Assembly: GCA_963771175.1 (NCBI GenBank)
Contig: CAVYSY010000033.1
Span: 64,001-128,000, forward strand
Direction: 5' to 3'
DNA: 64,000 bases
Source: an uncultured delta proteobacterium
GTDB taxonomy: Bacteria; Myxococcota; Myxococcia; Myxococcales; Myxococcaceae
Of this stretch, positions 1 through 10,582 are shown piece after piece; the stretch's first letter is position 1, and every line of letters begins with the position of its first letter. A program made the translations under genes and the position numbers. The notes beneath the pieces are model-generated. The model saw only the letters and a list, made by a program, of their open reading frames with translations. It was not told where the DNA came from and searched no databases.

Positions 1-121
1 CGCGACCGTACTCCCGCTCGAAGAAGAGCAGCAGCACGCCCACGGCGCGCACGCCCAGCTCGGGCGCGTCGTCCGGAGTCTGGGCCACGGGCGTGGGGAG
101 TGGAATCGTCGTCTCCGTCAA
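1..121 (-). CDS. 5' end of a gene running off the window edge, coupled to the methyltransferase; product unknown
   Basis: TTG at 121 overlaps the methyltransferase TGA (118-120); open frame MTETTIPLPTPVAQTPDDAPELGVRAVGVLLLFFEREYGR with GC-rich third positions. Confidence 0.45.
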   Translation of the reverse strand, partial: MTETTIPLPTPVAQTPDDAPELGVRAVGVLLLFFEREYGR

Positions 122-912
122 GGCTTCCTGCCCTCCGTCACCAGCAAGACGGAATACTTCAGTGCGTCGGGGTCACACAACAGATCCATGTAGGCACGGC
201 TGAACGCCCGGTATGCCTCCACGCCCTCGAAGAAGGGCGCCGCCACGGGCTCCAGCGTCCGCAGGCGGATGTCCCAATCCTCTACCAGCCGCGCGTCCGC
301 CTTCCCGGCGACGACCCACAGAGGAGCCAGATGCACCCGGACGTCCACCAGACCCGCCCGACGGAAGAGGTAGTACATCTTCCGCCCTACATGAATGTCG
401 AAGCCGGTGGCTGTGGTCATGGCACCCACCAGCTTGGGGAAGCCCTCCTGGACGAGGGCAGGACAGGGCCAGTTGAACATGCCCACCCCGTCCACCTCGG
501 AGACCACCACCCGGCCGCCGCTGCGCGTCACGCGGAGGAGCTCGGCGAGCGCCGGCTCGGGCTGTGGGAGGTACTCGAAGACGAACTGGCTCCACACGTA
601 GTCGAAGGCGGCGTCCGGAAGCCCGCTGGCGCGGAGGTCCGCCTCCAGGAAACGGCAGTTGCCCAGGTAGGCGCACCGGGCGCGCGCCTCCGCCAGGCGT
701 TGGGTGTTGAAGTCCAGCCCCACCACGCTGCCCTTGGGCCCCACCTGGGTGGCCATCACCTCGGTGATGACGCCCGGCCCACAGCCGACATCCAGCGCGA
801 CCTGGCCCTCGGAGAGGCCCGTGGCCCGCAGGTGCTCCAAGACAGGGTTGGCCTGGGCCTGGGCCACCAGGCGACGCGCCTCCGCGTCGGACTCCATCAC
901 GTAGGCAGTCAA
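118..912 (-). CDS. Class I SAM-dependent methyltransferase
   Basis: Motif I ALDVGCGPG, acidic GLDFN, FDYVWSQF, RVTRSGGRVVV; TTG start overlaps the upstream stop. Confidence 0.9.
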   Translation of the reverse strand: MTAYVMESDAEARRLVAQAQANPVLEHLRATGLSEGQVALDVGCGPGVITEVMATQVGPKGSVVGLDFNTQRLAEARARCAYLGNCRFLEADLRASGLPDAAFDYVWSQFVFEYLPQPEPALAELLRVTRSGGRVVVSEVDGVGMFNWPCPALVQEGFPKLVGAMTTATGFDIHVGRKMYYLFRRAGLVDVRVHLAPLWVVAGKADARLVEDWDIRLRTLEPVAAPFFEGVEAYRAFSRAYMDLLCDPDALKYSVLLVTEGRKP

Positions 913-3318
913 GCGGCGATGTCCTCATGAGGGGAGCGGCGAGCCGCGCGCCCCTGCAGCCGCTCGAAGAGGGCCGCCATCAGGGTGTGCCACGTCCGGG
1001 CGGTGCTGCGGTGGAAGGTCCACTCGGACACGAGGCCGTGGTCGTGGAAACCGGCCGCCTCCAGGTCCGCCACCTCGTCGTCCTCCACCAGTCCCAGTGC
1101 CGAGAGCTTGCCGTGCTCGCGGTAGTGCTGCACGCACTGGGCGACAAGAGCCTGCCGCGCCTCGGACACCCGGGGGTGCGTGGGGTCCGGCACCACCAGG
1201 GAGAAGAAGGTGGTCATTCTCCGACCAGCTCAGGCCCGGGGAGGCCTCGTTGGCCAGGGCCATGGCCAACGGCTCGTCCTCGCCCTCCACCACGAAGAGG
1301 GTGCGGCGCCGGTGCAGCCCGTGGAGGGCATAGCGCGCGGCCACCGTGGACAGCTCCGCCTCGTGGGCCAGCAGGTCGTCCGCGAGCAGGCGCACCACCT
1401 CGCCCCGCTTGCGCAGGTGCGACTCCAGCCACCGCAGGTCCTCGGGCCCCGCCCGGCGCACCCGGGGCAGGTCCGCCCGCGTCTTGCCCAGTTGCGTCGT
1501 CGGCAGCCGCATGTAGTGGAAGCGGCGCAGCTGGGTGAGCCCCTCCAGTTGCATGCTCCGGGCAATCCACCCGAAGACGCGCTCGGGCCAGCGGTTCTCC
1601 ACGCGCCAGCAGATGCGCAGGTAGTTCACGTCCTCGAGCGACTCGGCGTAGTCCACCGACAGCTCGGACAGCTCGCGCGAGATGCGCTCGCCCCGCTGGA
1701 AGGCGCGGCGCACCGCCAGGTGCTGCAGCATCCAGGTGCGCGAGTGCGTGCGCAGCCCCGAGGCATGGCCCAGCAACTGGTCGTCCTGCGCGTACAGGAA
1801 GATCTTCGCGAGGCCCTCGCCGCTGGCGGCCACGGTGCGGTGCGTGTCCTCCAATATCTGGATGTGCGGCCCTTCCTCGAAGGGGTAGTCGGGGTGGAAG
1901 AGGCCGACGGAGCGGATGAGGGCCCAGATGTTCTGGAAGGACTCGAAGCGCCCATCGCGCGCGTTGGCGCAGCGCGCCTTCACGAAGGCATCCAGGATGG
2001 CCTGGCGCGCGTCGGCCGGGACGTTGCGCAGGCGCACTCCGGCGCGGAAGGGCCGGGCCAGTTCCTGCCCGTCGGGCGTGTTGAAGGGCGAGCTGTCGCG
2101 CACCTCCGCGCTGCACCGGGCGCGACGCCCATCGGGCAGCACCAGGGTGAAGTCGTCGACGAGGAGGCCCGCGGGCAGCACGTCCCGATCCCCATCGAAG
2201 AGGAAGGCCACCCCCGACGTGTGGAGATCCAACACGGGGCGCTCGATCTGCTGCCCGGTGAGCGGCGACGTGAAGGAGATACCGAAGGGCGCCTCCCCAC
2301 CCGTCTTGAAGCGCATGTGGTTGCGCCGGTGGAACAGCGACAGGCTGCGTGGCAGGGAGAGCAGCAGGCCGTCCTGATCCACCGCGACCACCGCGGACCA
2401 GCCCCGGTAGCTCTTGCCGCTGAGATCGAAGACGACGTGCACCACGTCGCCGAGCGCCGCCTCCCAGTTCCGGGGCAGCGCGCAGCGCAGCAGCATGTGC
2501 TCGCCATGGGGGACGAGCCGCGCGCGCAGCTCCTCCTGGACGCGCACGCCCTGCATCAACGTGCACTGGAGCGTGTCGCGCTGGCGCAGCGCCCGCCGCA
2601 GCACCGCGAGGATGCGGACCCGATCATCCAGGGTCGCCATCTCCACGTAGCCGATCGTGGCGCTCGGCCGTTCAATCTGGATGCCCACCCGGAAGAAGGC
2701 GTCATCCGAGGCCCGCTCCAGGCCCACATGCCGGACGAAGGCGCCACTGGTGCGCAGCACGGTGCGGCCCGCCTGCTCGAGCCGGAAGTCGGTCAGCCGC
2801 GTGCCGGGCGTCATCCGCTCGATGGGGGCATCCACCAGCACCTTGAGCTGACAGCCCTCGTTGCTCAGGTCCAGGCACACCGCGCGCAGCAGTGAGTCGT
2901 CGACGACGAAAGAGGCCTCCAGGCCCACCGCCGGCATCCGCCGGGAGCTACGCTCGCGCAGCAACGCCCCGAGGCTCCGGCTCAGGCTCTCCAGCGAGGC
3001 CGCCGTCAGATCCACGGTGTGGAACTCGTGGCCCTCGGACGCCACCTCCACCAGTTCCTGCATCGTCTCCGCCTGCGCGCCGGGGCAGAGGAACACGCGC
3101 AACGCTCGGGGGGCCAGGCGCTCGAGGGCCAGGATGAACTTCCTCGCACCCACCGCGTCCGCCAGGATGATGTCGGGCACGCCCTGCGCGAGGGTGCGGG
3201 TGGCGTCATCCCGGGAACTGACGGCGACGATCCTCCTGGGGGCCAACGCCTCGGCAAGCCCCGCGCGGAGCTCCGGGTCCGGGTGGACGATCAACACCGA
3301 CTGCTCGTGCGAGACCAC
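909..3318 (-). CDS. Multidomain protein: receiver-like N-terminus, two PilZ domains, C-terminal GNAT-like region; one frameshift near 1215
   Basis: GGAGG then GTG at 3318; VLIVHPD..PDIILAD receiver-like; RSSRR..DLSNEG and RNHMR..DLHTSG PilZ motifs; frame continues in ORF 909-1217. Confidence 0.7.
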
Positions 3319-3642
3319 CGCCACCTCCTGCTGAGAGTCGCGCTCCGAGCGCTTCGCGGGCCTGCCATCCACTCGCATCAGCCCTCTTGCTGGGGGGGTT
3401 GCCAGAGAGCCAACATCTCGCGTCGACGGTAACAGCCCTCTTCCTGGAAGAAAAGCCGTGACCTCTCGGTAGCACCGACTGGTCAATAGACTTCAACGAC
3501 AGCTTTTCCTCGAATCGTGCGTCGAGAGCATGCGAAGGACCTTCGAGCAGTGCCGGCGGCCACGCCTTCTTCCTCGCTGGGGAGACAAGCGAGTGCTGGC
3601 CTCGCTCGATGGAGCCGGTTAAATGAGCGGGAAGGAGACGCG

Positions 3643-4575
3643 ATGGGCGCCCAGGTGGACTACGAGCGGGAAATCAACGAGCTGAAGCGGAAACTCAACG
3701 CCGTCATCCTCGCCCACTACTACCAGGAGAGTGAGATCCAGGACGTGGCCGACTTCGTCGGCGACAGCCTGGCGCTCGCCCAGGCCGCGGCGAAGACGAA
3801 GGCGGACGTCATCGTGTTCTGCGGTGTCCACTTCATGGCCGAGACGGCGAAGATCCTCAACCCCGCCCGCCAGGTGCTGCTGCCGGACCTGAAGGCGGGC
3901 TGCTCGCTCTCGGATCGCTGCCCTCCGGCGGCCTTCCGGGCCTTCAAGGAGAAACACCCGGATCACTTCGTGGTGAGCTACGTGAACAGCTCCGCCGCGG
4001 TGAAGGCGATGAGCGACGTCATCTGCACGTCCTCCAATGCCGTGAAGATCGTCAACCAGGTGCCCAGGGACAGGCAGATCCTCTTCGCGCCGGATCAGCA
4101 CCTGGGCCGCTACGTGATGCAGCAGACCGGCCGGGACATGGTGCTGTGGCCGGGCAGCTGCATCGTCCATGAGATCTTCAGCGAGAAGCGCCTGGTGCAG
4201 CTCAAGGTGCAGCACCCCGAGGCCGAGGTGGTGGCGCACCCCGAATGCGAAGCGGCGGTCCTCCGGCATGCGGACTTCATCGGCTCGACCAAGGGGCTGC
4301 TGGACTACGTGGTGAAGAGTCCCAAGCGCGAGTTCATCGTCGTGACGGAGGCGGGCATCCTCCACCAGATGAAGCGGGGCGCCCCGGAGAAGACGTTCAT
4401 CCCCGCGCCTCCGGACAATGGTTGTTCCTGCAACGAATGCCCCTACATGCGGCTCAACACGATGGAGAAGCTCTATCAGTGCATGAGGGACCGCACGCCG
4501 GAGCTGACGCTGCCGACGGAGCTGCAGTCCGCCGCGCTGGCGCCGCTGCAGCGGATGCTCGACTGGTCACAGTGA
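3643..4575 (+). CDS. nadA: Quinolinate synthase NadA
   Basis: [54 protein letters not shown] motifs; GGAG RBS. Confidence 0.97.
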   Translation: MGAQVDYEREINELKRKLNAVILAHYYQESEIQDVADFVGDSLALAQAAAKTKADVIVFCGVHFMAETAKILNPARQVLLPDLKAGCSLSDRCPPAAFRAFKEKHPDHFVVSYVNSSAAVKAMSDVICTSSNAVKIVNQVPRDRQILFAPDQHLGRYVMQQTGRDMVLWPGSCIVHEIFSEKRLVQLKVQHPEAEVVAHPECEAAVLRHADFIGSTKGLLDYVVKSPKREFIVVTEAGILHQMKRGAPEKTFIPAPPDNGCSCNECPYMRLNTMEKLYQCMRDRTPELTLPTELQSAALAPLQRMLDWSQ

Positions 4576-4677
4576 GGGGTTGACGCACCGCGCTGTCTGT
4601 CGCGGGAGTGGCAATTCCGCCACCGCGCCGCATTCGTGCCTTGCACTGGGGACAACCCGGTGCGATCTGGAGCCATC

Positions 4678-5259
4678 GTGGGTTTCCGATTCGTCGCCAT
4701 CCCTAGCCACCGCGTGGTGGCACATCCTCAGTCCCTCCCCTCGGACGAACGGCTCGAACCGGAGCTGCCGCCGTTGCACGAGGCGGTGGAGCGTGCGTTC
4801 GCGAGCGCCGAGTTCCGAGACGTGAAGGCAAAGGACCGGCTGCGTGCCCTGCTGAAGGGGGACCTGCCACCCAACCTGGGCAGCCCCGCTGCCGGGTTCG
4901 GCCCCTCCGCCGTCTTCGCCCAACCGCCCCAGGATCTGCCCGCGCTGCTGCGGCTGGCCGATGAGCTGGAGTCGCTGGCCAAGCGCGAGGCCGGAGAGCG
5001 GGCACTCGTCTGGAAGTGTGGCGAGTGCAACGCCCGCTACGCCGTGCCGGTGGCGCTGGCACGCTCCGTGTCCATCCGCTGCGAGCGCTGCGGCAGCCCC
5101 GTGGAGCTCAACCCGCAGCGCAGCCTCGGCGAGGAGTCGCTCATCGACCCGTTCCTCGGGGCGGTGAACGGCGCCCGCCACGAGCTGGCCACCTTCTTCC
5201 GCGAGGCCATGGCCCGCGGCTGGCCCGTACTCGTGTCCACCGAAGACACCGGCTCCTGA
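4678..5259 (+). CDS. Hypothetical protein with zinc ribbon
   Basis: GGAG RBS plus GTG; CGEC..CERC Cys pairs. Confidence 0.7.
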   Translation: MGFRFVAIPSHRVVAHPQSLPSDERLEPELPPLHEAVERAFASAEFRDVKAKDRLRALLKGDLPPNLGSPAAGFGPSAVFAQPPQDLPALLRLADELESLAKREAGERALVWKCGECNARYAVPVALARSVSIRCERCGSPVELNPQRSLGEESLIDPFLGAVNGARHELATFFREAMARGWPVLVSTEDTGS

Positions 5260-5337
5260 GCCGAGGGGGGGCTCATTGGGCGCCCGGGGGTGAAAGTCGT
5301 TCCCGGGTCGCTCGTGCGGCGCTACCCTGTGTTGGCC

Positions 5338-6138
5338 ATGCAACGCGCCATCCTCCAGCTTCTGCGCTGCCCCCGATGTCGGCGCGGCGGGTTGCGGCCA
5401 GAGACGGACACCGCCGAGCTCCTCTTCGGGCCACTGCACTGCTCCGAGTGCCACGCCAGCTACCCGGTGGCCGAGGGTGTGGCGGATCTCGTCGCGGAGC
5501 CCGCCTCGAGCGCCCTGGCGCAGCGGGGCATGGAGCAGCGCCTCATCGCCCGCTCCTACGAGCGCTACGTGCGCCCCGCCCTCCAGCGCGCCCTCTCCGC
5601 GCCGCCCCTGGACCGCGACAGCGAGTACCTGCTGTATCGCTCGCTGCTCGGCCACCCGGAGGCACCGGTGTTGGATCTCGGTACGGGCACCGGCCTCTTC
5701 GCCCGGCGGCTGGCGCGCGAGCCGGGCCTGCCGCCCGTGGTGGGCATGGACGTGTCCAAGGCGATGCTCGAGGAGTCCGTGGCCCTGGCCCATGAGGACG
5801 GGGTACGGGTGGACCTGCTGCGCGCCGAGGCGCCCTACCTCCCCTTCCAGGACGGCTCGCTCGGAGGGGTGCTGCTGGCCCACTCGCTGCACTTCATCGC
5901 GGATCTCGGCCGACTGCTGCTGGAGGTGGCCCGCGTGCTGCGTCCGGGCGGCCGCTTCGTGGCCAGCACCTGGATACCGCCAGGACGGGCCACCACCTTC
6001 GTCCAGCGCACGGCCGGCCTCCACCCTCGCGAGGAGGAGGAACTCAAGGACGCGCTGGCCGCCGCCGGCCTGGGGAGCTTCGCCCGGATTCGGCTGCCGC
6101 CTCTCCTGGTGATGAAGTCCGAGAAACCGGTCAGATGA
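5338..6138 (+). CDS. SAM-dependent methyltransferase with N-terminal Trm112-like zinc ribbon
   Basis: LLRCPRC..LHCSEC..YPVAEGVADL; VLDLGTGTG; GMDVS; RVLRPGGRF. Confidence 0.88.
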   Translation: MQRAILQLLRCPRCRRGGLRPETDTAELLFGPLHCSECHASYPVAEGVADLVAEPASSALAQRGMEQRLIARSYERYVRPALQRALSAPPLDRDSEYLLYRSLLGHPEAPVLDLGTGTGLFARRLAREPGLPPVVGMDVSKAMLEESVALAHEDGVRVDLLRAEAPYLPFQDGSLGGVLLAHSLHFIADLGRLLLEVARVLRPGGRFVASTWIPPGRATTFVQRTAGLHPREEEELKDALAAAGLGSFARIRLPPLLVMKSEKPVR

Positions 6139-6499
6139 AGATGCCGGCCGAGGCGTCGAGGCGCGCCTTCTGGACCTCGGGCGAGTAGCCCTCGGCCTTC
6201 AGCGGCGCCACCACGTCCTGACGGGGCTTCTTGCACTTGGGGCACTCGCACGTGCCCTTCTTGCAGGTGCAGTCCGCCGCGCTGCTACACTGGCACTTCG
6301 CGGCGTGCGACTCGCCCGCCTTGTCCGTCTTCGCCGGGGTCGTCTCCACCGAGACCGCCTTCTCCGGCGAGCCCGGCAACACCGCCGAGGGCGGCACGTC
6401 GGCCTTGGAGTGGTGGCCCTCGCAGGCCGAGGCATCACCCGACGTCCACAGCACTCCGCCCACCACCACCGCCGCCAACGTCATCCCGATGCGCTTCAT
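6131..6499 (-). CDS. Small secreted Cys-rich, metallothionein-like protein
   Basis: Signal peptide MKRIGMTLAAVVVGGVLWTSGDASA; cluster CQCSSAADCTCKKGTCECPKC. Confidence 0.7.
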   Translation of the reverse strand: MKRIGMTLAAVVVGGVLWTSGDASACEGHHSKADVPPSAVLPGSPEKAVSVETTPAKTDKAGESHAAKCQCSSAADCTCKKGTCECPKCKKPRQDVVAPLKAEGYSPEVQKARLDASAGIFI

Positions 6500-6697
6500 C
6501 TTCGAGTACCTCCCGGGTGACAACCAGGACACCCGATTCCTCTGGGGCTAGATCCTCTACCCCATATCCCAGCCTCTCCCCCCTGTCCAAACCGAGCGCC
6601 CGGTGCTGTCCACCCTCCTCCAGGGAGGGCTGCCATACGGGCGGACCTCGCGCGGCGCTCGCGACAGGGGGTGGTGCCGCATACAGTCCGCCCACCC

Positions 6698-8260
6698 GTG
6701 TCCGCGCGAACCGACCGCCTCGTCTACGCCGCCGCCCTCGTGCTGGGTGCCCTGCCGCTGTGGGTGTCCACGCATGTGCCCATGGTGGACCTGCCGCAGC
6801 ACCTCCACCTCATCTCCGTCCTGCACCGGCTGGACGACCCGACCACGCTGTACCCGCAGCTCTTCGCCGCGCGGCACGAGCTGACGCCCTACCTGGGCTA
6901 CTACTACCTCGTCAGCCTGCTCAACTGGCTACTGCCGCTGGACGTGGCCAACCGGCTCTTCCTCTCGGCCTACGTGGTGGGCCTGCCCCTGTCTCTCGCC
7001 TTCCTGCTGCGAAGCCTCGGGCGGCCCGCGTGGCCCTCGCTGCTCGCCCTGCCGCTGGCCTACGGCGACAGCTTCGGGTGGGGCTTCATCAACTACCTGG
7101 CCTCGCTGCCCCTGGCCCTCCTCTGCTGCGGCCTCTTCGTGCGCGCCCTCACCGACACCGGCCGACGCCGCGCCTGGGCCGCCGGGCTGGCCGTGTGCCT
7201 CGTCTCCGTGCTGCTCTTCCACGTGCAGTCCTTCGCCTTCCTCGGGCTCGCCCTGCCCTGGCTGCTCCTCACCACGCGCGTGCCCGAGGACGTGGGCGCC
7301 CAGGGCCTCGCGGCGCGGCTGCGGCCCCGAGTGCCCGCGCTCGCGGGCGTGGTGCCCGGCGTGGGACTCTTCCTCTCGTGGGTGGTGCTGCGCCTGGGCC
7401 AGCCCTCCGAGGTGGAGCCCGGCTCCCCCTGGAAGGCCTGGGGCCCCATGCTGTCGCCCCAGAACCTGTCCTGGAAGAGCTTCGAGCAGAACCGCGCCGA
7501 GCTCCTCGAAGTGCTCGCCAACCTCCTCCGGGATGGCTCGGACCGCTGGCCCCTCTACGCGGTGGGCGCGGTGGCGCTGGCCGCGCTGGTGCTGGGCCTC
7601 GTGCGCGGTGCGCCCCGCACCGAGGGCCCCGTGGCACGCTTCCGCCTGCTGGGGCTCGTCGTCCTCGCGCTCGGCTTCTTCTTCCTGCTCCCCTTCGACA
7701 TCCGCGGCTACATCTACTACCTGAACACCCGTTACGCGCAGCTCGCCGCCGTGCTCGCCGTGGCGAGCCTGCCCGTGGCCCAGCCCGCGCTGCGGCGCCC
7801 GCTGCTGTGGGCCAGCGCCGCCTGTGCCCTGCTGCTCGCCTTCGTGCTGGGCCAGGGCTTCCGCGCCTTCTCCCGCGAGGCCGCCGAGTGGGATGCCCTC
7901 GTGGAGGCCACCGCGCCCAGGCCCCGGGTGATGGGGCTCGTCTTCGACAGCGGCTCGCGCGTGGTGCGCCACCCCGTCTTCCTCCACGGCGCCGCGGAGC
8001 TCGCCCGCGCGCGCGGGGGCAGCACCAACTTCAGCTTCGCCCTCACCCCCCACTCGCCGCTGCGCTACCGCGGCGCGCCCCCGCCCACCTTCCCCTCCGA
8101 GTGGCGGCCGAATGACTTCGACTACGCCGCGCAGGGGCCCGCCTACGACCACTTCCTCGTCCGTGGCGTCCACCCCTCGCGCATCTTCGGCGCCCGGCTC
8201 CAGCAGGAGCTGGCCGTGGCCGCCCAGGCCGGGGAGAGCTGGCTGGTGCGCCGCCGCTAA
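6698..8260 (+). CDS. Polytopic membrane protein, possibly a GT-C-fold glycosyltransferase-like protein
   Basis: About 10-12 hydrophobic segments; PMVDLPQH in the first loop; soluble C-terminal domain. Confidence 0.65.
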   Translation: MSARTDRLVYAAALVLGALPLWVSTHVPMVDLPQHLHLISVLHRLDDPTTLYPQLFAARHELTPYLGYYYLVSLLNWLLPLDVANRLFLSAYVVGLPLSLAFLLRSLGRPAWPSLLALPLAYGDSFGWGFINYLASLPLALLCCGLFVRALTDTGRRRAWAAGLAVCLVSVLLFHVQSFAFLGLALPWLLLTTRVPEDVGAQGLAARLRPRVPALAGVVPGVGLFLSWVVLRLGQPSEVEPGSPWKAWGPMLSPQNLSWKSFEQNRAELLEVLANLLRDGSDRWPLYAVGAVALAALVLGLVRGAPRTEGPVARFRLLGLVVLALGFFFLLPFDIRGYIYYLNTRYAQLAAVLAVASLPVAQPALRRPLLWASAACALLLAFVLGQGFRAFSREAAEWDALVEATAPRPRVMGLVFDSGSRVVRHPVFLHGAAELARARGGSTNFSFALTPHSPLRYRGAPPPTFPSEWRPNDFDYAAQGPAYDHFLVRGVHPSRIFGARLQQELAVAAQAGESWLVRRR

Positions 8261-8359
8261 CGCTCGGAGCCGGGCAAGTGTGGGCCAGTGGTCGCCGCCT
8301 CGCGCGTGCCACGCCCCCCGGCCTCACCGCGCCGCGTGAGGTGCATTACATGTCGGCCC

Positions 8360-9610
8360 ATGCCCACGAAGAGCCCCCAGGCCGACCCGCGCCACCTGCT
8401 GGACGCGCTCCGCTCCGGCACGCCCCTCCCCGACTTCGCCCCCGACGCGCTGGAGCGTGCCCGCGCCCTCGCGGGTGAGCCCTCCACCGCCACGTCCGCC
8501 GACGTCGAGGCGCTGCCCGAGCCGCTCGCGCTCGCCGTCCTCGAGGCCACGGTGCTCGCTGGCAGCCCCGCCCTCGCCGAGGTGCTCGTGGGCTCCAGCC
8601 ACAAGGTGCTCGTCAAGGCGGCGAAGAAGGCCCTCTACCGGCTGCGCTCTCGGGGCGTGGAGGTCGCCGAGCCGCCCCGTCCCTCGGCCCCCGAGCCCCC
8701 CCGCACGGTGGTGGCCAGCCCCGAGACACTGCCCGCCGTCCTCACCAGCATCGACGGCACCGGCGAGCGCGTCCTGGAGCTCGCCCGCCCCTTGCGCGGT
8801 GGAGGCGTGGAGGCCATCCAGCTCCTGCTCTCGGATGAGCGCGGCGTGGAGCGCATCCAGGCGGTGGAGACCAGCCGTGGCGAGTACCGCCGCGTGGTGA
8901 AGCAGGCCATGCGCCCCGGCCCCGATGCAGCCGTGGAGCTTCCCCACGCCGAGGCGCTGGAGCGGCTGGCCGTCGCCGTGGGGCTGAACCTGCGCACGCA
9001 CACCGCCTTCCCTCCGGGCCTGGACGCGGTGCTGCGCCACCTGGGCGTGCAACCCCGTGACGAGCCCCCTTCCCTGCCTCCACCGGAGCCGGACGACGAG
9101 CGGCTCGTGAACGAGGGCCACAAGCTCCACGAGGAGCCGGAGCTGCGCGGCTGGCTGCCGCCCATGTCCGAGCTGGAGAGGCTGGCCTTCAAGGTGGACG
9201 AATTAGAGGCCAGCCCCCTCGCGCTCACCCCCGAGCAGCGCAACGAGGAGCTCATCCAGGCGGCACACGTCCAGGCCCACGCCTTCTTCGCCCAGGAAGG
9301 CGTGCGCCGTCTCTACGCCAGCCGCCTGTGGGAGATGGGGCTCCACTTCGAGCGCCTCGGCAAGGAGTCCCCGGCCCGGGTGGCGCGCGCCGAGGCCCGC
9401 CGGCTCTGGCACGGGCCCACCGAGCCCCCCTCGCGCTTCGTCGAACGGCTCTACGAGAAGGCGCTGCTCTTCACCATGATGGAGCGCGAGGCCCCCTCCA
9501 CGAGGGACCAGGCTCACGCCCGGGCGAGGGCTCATGCCGAGCCGCAGGCCCGGTCCACGGAGCCGGAGTCGCTGGAGCGGCGCAGCCCCGGCGGCATCAT
9601 CCTCCCCTGA
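8360..9610 (+). CDS. Hypothetical protein (helical)
   Basis: Long ORF with GC-rich third positions; no motif recognised. Confidence 0.7.
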   Translation: MPTKSPQADPRHLLDALRSGTPLPDFAPDALERARALAGEPSTATSADVEALPEPLALAVLEATVLAGSPALAEVLVGSSHKVLVKAAKKALYRLRSRGVEVAEPPRPSAPEPPRTVVASPETLPAVLTSIDGTGERVLELARPLRGGGVEAIQLLLSDERGVERIQAVETSRGEYRRVVKQAMRPGPDAAVELPHAEALERLAVAVGLNLRTHTAFPPGLDAVLRHLGVQPRDEPPSLPPPEPDDERLVNEGHKLHEEPELRGWLPPMSELERLAFKVDELEASPLALTPEQRNEELIQAAHVQAHAFFAQEGVRRLYASRLWEMGLHFERLGKESPARVARAEARRLWHGPTEPPSRFVERLYEKALLFTMMEREAPSTRDQAHARARAHAEPQARSTEPESLERRSPGGIILP

Positions 9611-9627
9611 CAGGCAGGGGGGCCTGC

Positions 9628-10428
9628 TCACGCCGATACGCGCGAGCGCAGCAGCAGATCCAGGTTCTCCAACTCCCAGGCCTGCGCCCGCGAGTAGTCG
9701 TGGAACCGCTTCTCGTGCTCGAGGAACTCGGGCGGGTGGATGCAGCGCCGCCCGTCCTCGCCCCGGCGCGTCCGGTACACGTGGTGCAGCATCTCGTGGA
9801 AGACGATCCACTCCACGAAGTAGCGCGGCACCACGGGCTGATCCAACGCCGGGTGGATGCGGATGACGCGCGACTCCGACGAGTAGGAGCCCATCTTGAT
9901 GCTCTTGCGCGGCCGGGTGACGCGCGGCGCCGGCCCGTAGGTGATGGCGGCGTCGATGCGGCCCCGGAAGTAGCGCTCGTTGAGCCGCTCGTAGATGCGA
10001 CCCAGATCGTGATGCTGCCCCACCGGCTCCAGCCGCAGGCGCTTGCGCATCTGCGCGGGCGACACCCGGCGGATGTAGGCCTTGTTGCGATCAATGAAGC
10101 GGTCCAGCCTCACGCTGGCCTCCGCGTCCCCGTTGCGCACGAAGTCCGCGAGCGCCTGGATGACCTCGTCCGGCGCCGCCAGGAACATGTGGTGCAAGCG
10201 CAGGCGCCACAACGCGCGTTGGCGTTGGAACGTGAGCATCGTGTGCGTGTTGTCGTGGACCTCCACCGCCACGGGAGCCCGCAGCCGGGTCCGCAGCCGA
10301 CGCTCGAGCACGCGCCGCCACACCTTCAGCAGTCGGTTGGGCTCGGCCGCGATGGGCTGCTCGCGGGCGATCCTCCCCGCCGGCGGGCTCCGCTTCTTCG
10401 CCAGGTTCTTCTTGTTCACGCGCGCCAT
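9628..10428 (-). CDS. SprT/DUF45-like zinc metalloprotease domain protein
   Basis: LNERYF, MGSY, IRIHPALD, IVFHEMLH (HExxH), CIHPPEF. Confidence 0.8.
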   Translation of the reverse strand: MARVNKKNLAKKRSPPAGRIAREQPIAAEPNRLLKVWRRVLERRLRTRLRAPVAVEVHDNTHTMLTFQRQRALWRLRLHHMFLAAPDEVIQALADFVRNGDAEASVRLDRFIDRNKAYIRRVSPAQMRKRLRLEPVGQHHDLGRIYERLNERYFRGRIDAAITYGPAPRVTRPRKSIKMGSYSSESRVIRIHPALDQPVVPRYFVEWIVFHEMLHHVYRTRRGEDGRRCIHPPEFLEHEKRFHDYSRAQAWELENLDLLLRSRVSA

Positions 10429-10582
10429 AGACGGGCCGATTCTAGGGACCCGTCTGACACGTGTAAACGAGCTCAGGGATGCAAAATCCCTGGAATTCCA
10501 ACGGCTTATAGCCACTCCCGCGTACTACCGCCCACTTGTCCGCCAGTGGGGGAGCCCACCGTATATGTCCCCCTGGAGCCCC

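Noticed and set aside
3487..3642. Possible NAD+ riboswitch upstream of nadA
   Set aside because: Only a CTTCAAC fragment resembles the motif as I recall it, and I could not build the conserved structure; an Rfam/Infernal scan is needed
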